Part shown: positions 16,478 through 24,966 of the stretch, piece after piece
How positions within the stretch are numbered: the first letter of the stretch is position 1
Layout: each line of letters begins with the position of its first letter
Virus record (IMG/VR): IMGVR_UViG_3300031669_000066
Location: 1 to 43,920 of that record
Length of the DNA: 43,920 bases
Direction: 5' to 3' (one strand)
DNA from: a virus
Made by a program: the position numbers and the translations under genes
Notes under the pieces: generated by a model
Seen by the model: only the letters and a program-made list of their open reading frames with translations
What the model was told of the DNA's origin: nothing
Databases searched by the model: none

Positions 16478-17397
16478 ATCAAGTTATCTCTCATTTTCGC
16501 GTGGCTACTGACTTGGATGTACTTCCGTTGCAACGAGCGTTGCTTCGCCAACCATGGCTCTTTGGGCAGGATGGGGAACGGAAAGGAGCCTATGGGAGTG
16601 CTCACTCATGCATGACAGACATCTGGCTCCGGTACAATCCTAAAGAGAAGTATCTCCGGCGCAATAACTTTGCAGGTTTCAACGATGAGCATGATTCGCA
16701 GTGGTATCCTGCATACTACCAGCTTCCGCAAGTCCGCAGCATTATCTTCAAGCTCATGGAGCTGGTGGAAGGTGAGCGACTCGGCGGAGTACTGATTACG
16801 AAGCTTGCTCCTGGGGAATCTATCGATACGCATCAGGACTTTGGCTGGCACGCCGCATACTATGATAAGTACTACATCCCGCTTCAGAATGCCGAAGGTG
16901 CCACCTTCAATTTCCCTGATGGTAAGATTGAGCCAAAGCTGGGTGAGGCATACTGGTTCGAGAACAGTATCCCGCACGGCGTGACCAATAACTCCAGCGA
17001 AGACCGTATTGCCCTGATCGTGTGCATCCGCAGCGACAGCACCAAAGGAGCTTATCGTCCTCAACCAGCTCCAACCTTGAGTACAACTCCTATACATCAT
17101 TTTTCTGCTGGGGTAAATGCGCTGGAACTCAAGCTCCCTGCTGGCCACCGAGCTTGCTCACATAAGCACAACTACGATCACATGAGCATCCTTGCACAGG
17201 GTGAGGTCGTCGTAACAGTAGATGGTTGCACCTCACGCTTCATTGCCCCGACTGTAGTAACTATCACTGCAGGCAAAGTCCACGAAATCATAGCTATTGA
17301 AGATTCCGTCTGGTTCTGCATACATCCTGCAGAATCTCTTGACAGCCCAAAACCAGAGCTGGATGATGTTATCATCGCAGCCATCGAGCAGGAGTAA
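16474..17397 (+). CDS. Asp/Asn beta-hydroxylase-type 2OG/Fe(II) oxygenase fused to a C-terminal cupin domain
   Basis: HxD...H triad THQDFGWH ... IPHGVTN. C-terminal HKHNYDHMSILAQGEVVV...GKVHEIIA cupin-like. ATGA overlap with the adaptor gene. Confidence 0.6.
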   Translation: MNQVISHFRVATDLDVLPLQRALLRQPWLFGQDGERKGAYGSAHSCMTDIWLRYNPKEKYLRRNNFAGFNDEHDSQWYPAYYQLPQVRSIIFKLMELVEGERLGGVLITKLAPGESIDTHQDFGWHAAYYDKYYIPLQNAEGATFNFPDGKIEPKLGEAYWFENSIPHGVTNNSSEDRIALIVCIRSDSTKGAYRPQPAPTLSTTPIHHFSAGVNALELKLPAGHRACSHKHNYDHMSILAQGEVVVTVDGCTSRFIAPTVVTITAGKVHEIIAIEDSVWFCIHPAESLDSPKPELDDVIIAAIEQE

Positions 17398-17402
17398 TCA
17401 CT

Positions 17403-17996
17403 ATGCCTTGGGGAGTAGTAGCAGCAGTAGCAGGTGCAGCAGTCAGCAGCGCTCTGGCACCAACACCTTCAGCACCAACACAAAGCGCATCCGGTGCGGC
17501 AGATCCCTTTGCCCCGCAGCGTCAGCAGTACCAACAGCAACTGCAAAGCATGATGAGCGGGAACTATAAAATGAGTTCTGATCCAAGTTACCAATATCAA
17601 CTAGATCAAGGAAGTACGAATCTTTCCCGGCAAATGGCAGCGCAGCATATGCAAGGAAGTGGAGCGGAGCTTGCTGCACTGCAAACCTATGGCCAGCAGA
17701 CAGCAGCGGCTGATTTCAGTAACCAGTATGATCGACTTGCGCAGCTCTCAGGTGCCAATATAGGCAGTCCAGCTGCAGCAGGGCAGATTATTGCGGGGCA
17801 GCAAAATCAGCAGCTTCAAGCCTCCTCTGCCTTCGGCAATGCCGTTGGTGGGGCAGTAAGTAACCTTGGCCAGAGCGCCTATAGCTACTTCAGTGCTCCA
17901 ACGGCTGACACTTCCGGCGGCTACGCTCCATCCTACGGCAGTTCCGCTGGGGGTTACGATACCTCCTTTGGCGGGGCTTCTGGAAGCTTCTTCTAA
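17403..17996 (+). CDS. Gly/Ala/Ser/Gln-rich internal virion (ejection) protein
   Basis: Low-complexity composition typical of podovirus internal proteins; position. Confidence 0.5.
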   Translation: MPWGVVAAVAGAAVSSALAPTPSAPTQSASGAADPFAPQRQQYQQQLQSMMSGNYKMSSDPSYQYQLDQGSTNLSRQMAAQHMQGSGAELAALQTYGQQTAAADFSNQYDRLAQLSGANIGSPAAAGQIIAGQQNQQLQASSAFGNAVGGAVSNLGQSAYSYFSAPTADTSGGYAPSYGSSAGGYDTSFGGASGSFF

Positions 17997-18010
17997 GAGG
18001 GGGAATTATT

Positions 18011-19339
18011 ATGTCACTTGGTGGATTCCTTCAAGGTGTTGGCCTGCAAATGGGCTACAATGATATTTATGGCACAAAGCTGAACCTGGAACATGCTGAC
18101 CTTAAACTGAAGCAGCAGCAAGTTCAGATGAATTCTCTTGCCATGCAACAGCAAAAGCAGATCATGACTGGCCGTGAGGCACTGATGAAAGAGGAGCAGA
18201 CGCAAGCTGCCTTGAATAAGGGCAAGGTTGTATCCCCGATGCAGGCTGCTTCACAGTATGATCAGCTTGCACAGCTTGCACTCGGCCATGGTGATTTCCA
18301 GAGTGCAACGGCCTTTCAGAATGAAAGCAAGACACTGCGAGAGACTGCAAAAGACACCGCACTGATGGTAGCGAAGCAGAAACAGTCCACCGAGGAAGAT
18401 GCCGCAAAGGCTGCGATTGCTCTGAAGCAAAATCCTACGGAAGCCGGGTACCATGCTTGGGTTGCTAATATGGCCAAAGCCGGGCAGGATGTGTCGAAGT
18501 ATCCTGCAACCCTCCAGCAATTTGCACAAAACCCTGGAGCTATGGCAGCTCTTGGTGCGGCATCCACACTCGGAGAAAGTAGCAAAGACATCCTCGCCTC
18601 CAAGGAGAAGCAGCGGGAGTTCCAACTGAAGCAGCAACAGGTGCAAGAAGAACAGGCACAGCGTCGACAAGACCGATTGACGCAGCAGCAGCTTGTTGCT
18701 AGTATGCACGAACAGACCCATAATGAGCAGGTACAGGCGAGGCTGGATCGGGAGCAAGCAGCGCAGCAAGCCCACCTGGATCGACAGGAAAAGATGAAGC
18801 AGGCAGAATCTGGAAAGCACTTCGACGAACGGCAGAAGTTGGTAACAACAGCGGAGACTGCCAATAGCGATACCCTGAAACAGTACAAGACTGTAACGGG
18901 CGCAATGGGGGCTGCAATGCAAGGCTCTGCGGTAGGGGATCAGCAGCTCCGTCAGGCATTACCAAGCTTGAACTCCTTCCTCAAGGGTCGAGCTACGAAT
19001 GTCTACTACAAGGACAATGCGAACTTTGGGAATCTTGCAGCTAGGGCTGAGAATGCGATCTCCCGCTTCACTCAAGGGAAGTTCTCTGAAGCTGATCGTG
19101 GGCAGATCGTGACTGCATTGCACTATTTCCAGGCTCAGAACACGAAGGAACTCAATGATGCTGAAATCCAGCTCAAAGAGAATGCCAAAGCTCAAGGCCT
19201 TGACCCGAATAAAGTGCAACTTCCAGGGACATTCCCGAGAGTTCCTGAAGGTGCGACGGCTACGGGGCTGACTCCAGATGGCAATTTGGCATATGAACAG
19301 GATGGTAAGTGGTACCTCCTTAATACAGGGGCTAAATAA
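18011..19339 (+). CDS. Gln-rich coiled-coil internal virion protein (442 aa)
   Basis: Composition and position; ATGA-type overlap with the next gene. Confidence 0.5.
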   Translation: MSLGGFLQGVGLQMGYNDIYGTKLNLEHADLKLKQQQVQMNSLAMQQQKQIMTGREALMKEEQTQAALNKGKVVSPMQAASQYDQLAQLALGHGDFQSATAFQNESKTLRETAKDTALMVAKQKQSTEEDAAKAAIALKQNPTEAGYHAWVANMAKAGQDVSKYPATLQQFAQNPGAMAALGAASTLGESSKDILASKEKQREFQLKQQQVQEEQAQRRQDRLTQQQLVASMHEQTHNEQVQARLDREQAAQQAHLDRQEKMKQAESGKHFDERQKLVTTAETANSDTLKQYKTVTGAMGAAMQGSAVGDQQLRQALPSLNSFLKGRATNVYYKDNANFGNLAARAENAISRFTQGKFSEADRGQIVTALHYFQAQNTKELNDAEIQLKENAKAQGLDPNKVQLPGTFPRVPEGATATGLTPDGNLAYEQDGKWYLLNTGAK

Positions 19340-22300
19340 TGCCAACGCAGATTACTGATCCGAAGTTACTGTCTCAACTGCAAGCGCAGCAAGGAGCAGA
19401 GGAAGGAGCTTCTACTGCAACTTCGACTCCGGCCCCTCCAACTGCACCTGCCTCTCCTACGCAGGCTAATCCGATGCCTCCAGCTTCAATGGTAGCAGAT
19501 CCAACCGCAGTGCAGTATCTGAATGCCCAGAAAGGCGCGGTCCCAGGTTCTCCGGCGCAAGCCCCAATGGCTAAGGAACAATCTGTAATCCCCGCGATGA
19601 AGAACTCCTTCGCCCTTGGTGAGGCTAACATGCTTGGGATGCCGGTAGATGCAGTCGGCAACGTGCTGAAATACTTCCATATCGTCCCTCAGGATACTAA
19701 GTTCTTCGGAGGTAGCGAACAGTTCAAAGAAGCCTTCCATGCCAGGGATAATTTCGCAGTACCTCTGGACTCTACCGGGCATGTTAGCACTGCGAACCAG
19801 TACCTTACCACCATTGCGGAGTTCCTTGGAGGTGCGGCGGTCTTTGGAGCGGGGGAGATTGCGGCAGCTCCGAAGGCACTTGCGGAAGCTTCGAAGCTCG
19901 CACCTGCGGCAGTTGATGCAATGGGAACGGGGCTTCGGAGTGTAGAGAAGGCGCTGGAAGGGAAGGCAGAGAAGATTGCTCCCACGATAACAGAGAAGGC
20001 AGCCACTACCCTGTCTGATAAGGTACTTGGAAAGGCGGCAACTGTTGCTAATAATATCAAGAACCTTCGCCAAACCGACTTTACTAACCGGCTCTACAAG
20101 GCTGCAGTCATTGGAGCTGGTGCAACCGCCTCTGGTATGGGTTCTGTGGAAATGGGACAACTCGGCAAAGAACATGCCAAGGACTTCGGCTACACTCCAG
20201 AGCAGGGTGAGGCGGTAGGAAAATTCCTCGGAAGCTTCTTCGGGCCGGTAGCACTGACTGAAGCTGGTCACTATCTCAACAAGGGGATGCAAGCAGGGGT
20301 GGAATCCGCAGGAAATATGGCCACAAAGCTCGGAGTCGGTCGGACTGCGCAGCGCTCATTGGTCAATGGACATGTGCTCAAGGAGACGCAGAAGCTCTTC
20401 AATGAAGACCCGACTTCACTGCAGAACATGGCGATGGCTACCGAGGTCATGCAGAAGGTCGATGGATTCAAGCCGAACTTGCCTCAGATCACTGGTTCTG
20501 CGGGGTTGAAAGCACAGTTCCGAGGTCTTGCGGATAAAAGCCCCGATGCACACTCCCTGGCAACGCAGGTCGATCAGGCGAATCAGGCTGCTCTGGCGAA
20601 ATTCAAGGAAGGTGCATTCGGGCCGAGCACTGCGGCGACTCCGAGTACCGCAGCCAAGGGCAAGGCGAGTAATATCTTTGATCCTGCGAAACTCACCCAG
20701 AGCAATGCACGGCAGATCAATGACCTGCATATGAAGGAGCTGGAGCAGGAACGGACAGCGCTGGATGATGCCTTCCGCACGAGTCCGAATCCAGAAGAGG
20801 CTGGTGCAGCATTGCGGGAGCTTTACTGGAACAAGCGCCAAGGTGCAAAAGCGATACTGGATGAGCAGCTTACTGGAAAGGGCGGTGTGTACCAGACCGC
20901 AAAGCAGCTCGGTGTGACCGCAGACATGGGGGATGTACGGGACTTGGTGAAGAAGATTGCCGCAGATGATCCGAATACCTTCCAGAATATGCCTCCGGTG
21001 TTCTCGAAAGTGCTGAAGGAGTACCCGGAAACGACAGCAGCGACGACGGTGAGGACTGCAGTGACTCCGCAAGGCGCCGCAAAGCCCCTTTACAAGAGTA
21101 CAGTGGTGCCGGGAGAGGCTGGGAAGGATACTGCGAGCTTCGAGGAGCTGCATTCGCTGGCAAAGCAGGTCGGTCGGGAGAGGCTTGATGCGGTGACTGC
21201 ACAGGATATGACCAAAGCGCACTACCTTGGGCAGGTGAAAGACTTGCTGGAGGGCAAGGTGAAGGGGTTTGAAGGGCCGGAATATGGGAAGGTTGGAGAG
21301 CAGCTCTCGAAGTATAATAAAGACTACGCGCAGTATGCACATACCTTCAGAGAAGGGCTTGGTGGACAGCTCGCGAAGCGGACGAAGAACGGCATCAGTA
21401 CTGACGACAGCGAGATTGTCGACAAGCTCATTCTGCAATCAGGGAACAAGTCCAAGGGTGTGCGGGACTTTGTAGAGCTGTACGGTGACGGCCCAGAGGC
21501 GAAGGAGTTGCTGCACAATGGACTGCTGGATTCTTATAGCAGATACGTTATGAAAGATGGTGTTTTTGATGCCAAGGCCGCGCAGCGGTGGGTTGACGGG
21601 CATAGCAAGGCATTGGAGCAGCTCCCAGAAACTAAAGGATACTTCCAGAATGCGGCAAAGGTAGCAAAGGATCTCAACTTTCGCCAGAAGCAACTGCAAG
21701 CAGAGAGGAAGTTGATTGACAAGGGGGTGCTGGCGAAGATCGCAAATGGTACAAACCCGGAGAAGGTTATTAACAGCGCCCTGCAAGATCCGGAAGTGAT
21801 GCGGGTGTTGGTGCAGAGTGCAAAGTTGCATAAGGCAGAATCTCCACTGGCAAGGGCCTTTGCGGATCATGTTGGAGAGCAGGCAGATCCGATGGGGTAC
21901 CTGCTGGAACACCAGAATGCACTGAAGCCGGTGATGGAGACACTGAAGCCAGGACATTGGGATAATCTGATGGTGATTGCGAAAGGGCAAGCGGTGGCGA
22001 GAAGGGCTACGGCGCCGAAGGAGCTGGAGATTGCGCAAGAGAAAGACCCACTGCACAAGAGAATTGGTACTAGCGTGCCTGGGATGATTAGTATTGTGCG
22101 GAATCCGATGGGGGTTAGCAAGTGGGTGAATGCAGGGGCTATTGGTAGCAGACTGCTGTACACTATGCGGAATGAAGATATTGACCGGATGCGTAAGGCC
22201 GCACTGTTTGACCCGGATATGGCAGGGGTGTTGGCGGAGCATCTACGGAAGAACAACTTCGTAGGGTACGGAGGGATGGTGCTGCAAGGGCAAGAGGCGG

Positions 22301-22443
22301 AAGATTTGATGCGGCTGGTTTATATCCATGGGATCAACGGGCCAGTGCAGGCTCTGCACGCACCACTGAAGCCGCAAGAGTTGGCGGATTGGTTGAAGAT
22401 GAGGGAGCGACAACAGCAAGGAGAGGGGGCAGGAGGGAGGTAG
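19339..22443 (+). CDS. Large internal virion / DNA-ejection protein (1034 aa)
   Basis: Largest ORF, helical Ala/Lys/Gly-rich; no RNAP or transglycosylase motif recognised. Confidence 0.5.
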   Translation: MPTQITDPKLLSQLQAQQGAEEGASTATSTPAPPTAPASPTQANPMPPASMVADPTAVQYLNAQKGAVPGSPAQAPMAKEQSVIPAMKNSFALGEANMLGMPVDAVGNVLKYFHIVPQDTKFFGGSEQFKEAFHARDNFAVPLDSTGHVSTANQYLTTIAEFLGGAAVFGAGEIAAAPKALAEASKLAPAAVDAMGTGLRSVEKALEGKAEKIAPTITEKAATTLSDKVLGKAATVANNIKNLRQTDFTNRLYKAAVIGAGATASGMGSVEMGQLGKEHAKDFGYTPEQGEAVGKFLGSFFGPVALTEAGHYLNKGMQAGVESAGNMATKLGVGRTAQRSLVNGHVLKETQKLFNEDPTSLQNMAMATEVMQKVDGFKPNLPQITGSAGLKAQFRGLADKSPDAHSLATQVDQANQAALAKFKEGAFGPSTAATPSTAAKGKASNIFDPAKLTQSNARQINDLHMKELEQERTALDDAFRTSPNPEEAGAALRELYWNKRQGAKAILDEQLTGKGGVYQTAKQLGVTADMGDVRDLVKKIAADDPNTFQNMPPVFSKVLKEYPETTAATTVRTAVTPQGAAKPLYKSTVVPGEAGKDTASFEELHSLAKQVGRERLDAVTAQDMTKAHYLGQVKDLLEGKVKGFEGPEYGKVGEQLSKYNKDYAQYAHTFREGLGGQLAKRTKNGISTDDSEIVDKLILQSGNKSKGVRDFVELYGDGPEAKELLHNGLLDSYSRYVMKDGVFDAKAAQRWVDGHSKALEQLPETKGYFQNAAKVAKDLNFRQKQLQAERKLIDKGVLAKIANGTNPEKVINSALQDPEVMRVLVQSAKLHKAESPLARAFADHVGEQADPMGYLLEHQNALKPVMETLKPGHWDNLMVIAKGQAVARRATAPKELEIAQEKDPLHKRIGTSVPGMISIVRNPMGVSKWVNAGAIGSRLLYTMRNEDIDRMRKAALFDPDMAGVLAEHLRKNNFVGYGGMVLQGQEAEDLMRLVYIHGINGPVQALHAPLKPQELADWLKMRERQQQGEGAGGR

Positions 22444-22447
22444 GGGG

Positions 22448-22487
22448 TTATTGGCCTGTATTACTCCGGAGTAATGCGCGCAAGAAA
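22448..22487. repeat. Palindrome family copy 6 (core TTACTCCGGAGTAA 22461..22474)
   Basis: Starts 5 nt after the stop of the 1034-aa gene. Confidence 0.95.
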
Positions 22488-22547
22488 CTACCTGTGCCAG
22501 ACTGAACCGACCATTCCTACCCCTACCAGCCGCCGAAAACAAGGGGG

Positions 22548-22577
22548 TTGACAACACACCCCGCAGCATGATACTCT
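22548..22577 (+). promoter_or_regulatory. Candidate sigma70-type promoter TTGACA-N18-(TGa)TACTCT for the ATP-grasp cassette
   Basis: gggggTTGACAacacaccccgcagcaTGaTACTCTc, between palindrome copies 6 and 7. Confidence 0.45.
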
Positions 22578-22627
22578 CTTATGGGCGGTTGGGAGGGATA
22601 ATACCTGCGGAGCCTGACGGTTTGGGG

Positions 22628-22667
22628 TTATTGGCCTGGGTTACTCTGGAGTAATACACGCGAGTTT
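22628..22667. repeat. Palindrome family copy 7 (core TTACTCTGGAGTAA 22641..22654)
   Basis: In the predicted 5' leader of the ATP-grasp gene. Confidence 0.95.
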
Positions 22668-22719
22668 GCGCCTCCTTCCAGCCCCTTACTACTACTTACT
22701 ACAGCCTTGGAGCACCAGA

Positions 22720-24042
22720 TTGAACATCCTTATCATTGACAGCATGGCAGCTTCAGTAGACTTCGCCCTCAGAGCCGAAGCCCAAGGCCATGAAGTACGG
22801 GTTTTTGTGCCGCCACTGCGCAGCGGGGATAAGAACCCCGTCGGTCGGGGGCTGGTAGAGCTTGTCCTGCAATGGGAACGGCACCTTCCTTGGGCAGATT
22901 TAGTCTTCCTCACGGACAATGCGCGCTTTATTAAGGAACTCGAACCTTTTCGGAAGCGGGGTGTGCCTATCTTCGGCCCGAACTTGGTCGGAACCTCATG
23001 GGAACTTGAGCGGGGGGTTGGCCAGAATATCCTGGAGGCGCATGGAATCCCCTGCCTTCCCAGTACGGTCTTCACCAGCTACGACGACGCCATGGCTTTC
23101 CTTCTTAAGAACCCGAAGCGATACGTTTCCAAGCCCACCGGCGATGCTGACAAGGCTCTCAGCTACGTCTCTAAGAGTCCTGCGGATATGCTTTTCATGC
23201 TGGAAAGGTGGAAGAAGGCCGGCAAGGCTAAAGTCTCTTTCCTCTTCCAGGAGTTCGTACCGGGGATTGAGGTTGCAGTTGGGGGCTGGATGGGCCGCAA
23301 CGGCTTCCTCTCCTACTTCCTTGAGAACTTTGAATTCAAGACGCTCATGAACGGTGAGGTCGGAGTCAATACTGGAGAGATGGGCACTGTCCTTAAGTAT
23401 TGCACCATTGAGCAAAGTAAGCTTGCACAGGAGCTGTTGCTGCCTCTGGAGGCAGAGCTTATCCGCATTGGCTACACTGGCTACATTGACGTTGCTGTTA
23501 TTATTGCCGAAGATGGCACCCCTTGGCCCCTCGAATTTACCACTCGCCCTGGCTGGCCACTGTTCCAGATCCAGCAGGTACTCCACCCTGATGTAGCTGG
23601 CTGGATGCAGGACGCTCTACGAGGCCGGGATACCTTCCAGCCTGGCACAGATATTGCCATCGGAGTTGTGATCACACTACCGGACTTCCCTTACAGCAAG
23701 CTCACGAAGAAGGAAACCACAGGATTTCCTGTCTGGGGGATTACGGAGAAGAATCGCTACTTCGTACATCCGAGCGAAATGATGCAGGGCGAGGCAATGG
23801 AAGAGACTTCCCCTGGCCGCTTCCGGAAGACTCCGATGATGGTGAGCGCTGGTGACTACCTGATGACGGTTACGGCGACTGCAAGTACAGTAAGCGACGC
23901 GCAGGAGCAAGTCTATAAGCGCCTTAAGGACTTCACAATCCCAAATTCCCCTATGTACCGCACTGATATTGGCGGCCGCTTGCAGAAGCAACTCCCTGTA
24001 TTGCAGGCTAAGGGATATTGTGAGAGCTGGAAGTGGAAATAG
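22720..24042 (+). CDS. PurD-like (phosphoribosylamine-glycine ligase family) ATP-grasp enzyme
   Basis: By-eye alignment with E. coli PurD along the full length: GPNLVGTSWELERGVGQNILEAHGIP / GPTAGAAQLEGSKAFTKDFLARHKIP; GVNTGEMGTV / GPNTGGMGAY; PLEFTTRPGWP / VIEFNCRFGDPE; RTDIG / RKDIG. Start placed at TTG 22720 (GGAG 7 nt upstream); the track ORF starts at 22666. Confidence 0.75.
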   Translation: MNILIIDSMAASVDFALRAEAQGHEVRVFVPPLRSGDKNPVGRGLVELVLQWERHLPWADLVFLTDNARFIKELEPFRKRGVPIFGPNLVGTSWELERGVGQNILEAHGIPCLPSTVFTSYDDAMAFLLKNPKRYVSKPTGDADKALSYVSKSPADMLFMLERWKKAGKAKVSFLFQEFVPGIEVAVGGWMGRNGFLSYFLENFEFKTLMNGEVGVNTGEMGTVLKYCTIEQSKLAQELLLPLEAELIRIGYTGYIDVAVIIAEDGTPWPLEFTTRPGWPLFQIQQVLHPDVAGWMQDALRGRDTFQPGTDIAIGVVITLPDFPYSKLTKKETTGFPVWGITEKNRYFVHPSEMMQGEAMEETSPGRFRKTPMMVSAGDYLMTVTATASTVSDAQEQVYKRLKDFTIPNSPMYRTDIGGRLQKQLPVLQAKGYCESWKWK

Positions 24043-24122
24043 TGACGGGCTGCAATGGATGCGGCTGGACAAATCCGCTCGGGGCTGGTAGCTTTGGGGG
24101 TAACAAGGGGGAATAGTAGGAG

Positions 24123-24162
24123 TTACTAGCCTGCATTACTCTAGAGTAATACACGCAAACAA
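24123..24162. repeat. Palindrome family copy 8 (core TTACTCTAGAGTAA 24136..24149)
   Basis: Between the ATP-grasp gene and the tail-fibre module. Confidence 0.95.
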
Positions 24163-24194
24163 CCCTCGCCTCATTCTTAATGGAGGCTTTCCTT

Positions 24195-24503
24195 ATGGGT
24201 ATGGCTGATTTTTACAAATCCGGCGATTGGAACTTCTACTGCCACCTCTGTGGCGCGAAGCAAAAGTCTTCTATGGCCATGAAGACCTGGGATGGGTTTT
24301 ACGTCTGCCGTCATCACAAGGCAAAGCGGAATCCTCAGGATAAGCTGCGAGGGGTACGTGAGATCCAGGGACTTCCATGGAGTACAAGTAAAACTCCTGA
24401 TCCCACTATCGGAGGTGGGGCTTATGTTTGCAGCCTCCAAGGGTCAACTGCAATTCCTGACTTGGCGATTCCTGGATGCATGATCCCAGGACGAGTTTTA
24501 TAA
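24195..24503 (+). CDS. Small Cys/His protein of the tail module (CHLC...CRHH)
   Basis: ATG 24195 has GGAGG 8 nt upstream (the track start 24180 is inside the SD); DWNFYCHLCGAKQKSS...WDGFYVCRHH resembles a zinc-ribbon. Confidence 0.55.
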   Translation: MGMADFYKSGDWNFYCHLCGAKQKSSMAMKTWDGFYVCRHHKAKRNPQDKLRGVREIQGLPWSTSKTPDPTIGGGAYVCSLQGSTAIPDLAIPGCMIPGRVL

Positions 24504-24519
24504 TTTAAGGGAAACTTAA

Positions 24520-24966
24520 ATGGCAAGTACAAATTTCCAAGATGGCGATGCCTCGACGCCTGTTGTAGCCGCTTGGCTGAATGATGTCAACATTGCTGTG
24601 TATACTGCTCTTGGCAATGCTGGCGTTGCTCCCAAGACTGCTGAGGATGTAAAGGTAAACCTTGGAATTGGATATGCAAAGCTCAATAATCAAACTGGAA
24701 CAGCCTATACATTGCAGGCAGCCGATGATGGTGCTGATGTCATTTGTACAAATTCCTCTGCATTTGTACTGACGGTTCCTCCGAACTCTGCTGTCCCTTT
24801 TCCGCTTGGAACACTCCTCACAGTATCTCAAGGTGGTGCTGGTATTGTTACATTGGCCGGAGGGATTGGTGTTACCTTAGTCGGGGCAAATGGCTTTATA
24901 ACAGGGGCTCAGTACGATTCCCTGGCCCTTGAGCAAATTTCAAGCAATACCTGGAGAGTTCTATGA
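24520..24966 (+). CDS. Tail fibre protein (148 aa, conserved N-terminal attachment-type motif)
   Basis: TPVVAAWLNDVNIAVY resembles the N-terminal motif common in phage tail fibre proteins; ATGA overlap with the next gene. Confidence 0.5.
   Translation: MASTNFQDGDASTPVVAAWLNDVNIAVYTALGNAGVAPKTAEDVKVNLGIGYAKLNNQTGTAYTLQAADDGADVICTNSSAFVLTVPPNSAVPFPLGTLLTVSQGGAGIVTLAGGIGVTLVGANGFITGAQYDSLALEQISSNTWRVL

Noticed and set aside
17388-17398. GGAGTAAT half-site at the oxygenase stop / next gene SD
   Set aside because: It is explained by an SD (GGAG) plus a TAA stop codon. There is no partner half-site and no flanking arms.
20416-21438. Long antisense ORFs inside large plus-strand genes (20416..21438, 21439..22242, 18251..18922, 12714..13472, 19486..20292, 10009..10569)
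   Set aside because: They lie fully inside well-supported genes on the opposite strand. They have Leu/Arg/Cys/His-rich, low-plausibility compositions and no SD-like sequences. They are typical shadow ORFs.
19339-22443. Virion-packaged RNA polymerase recognising hairpin promoters (N4-like or crAss-like idea for the palindromes)
   Set aside because: No T7-type motif A/B/C and no two-barrel DxDGD-type motif is visible in the 1034-aa protein or any other ORF. The palindromes also have much longer stems than N4 early promoters.
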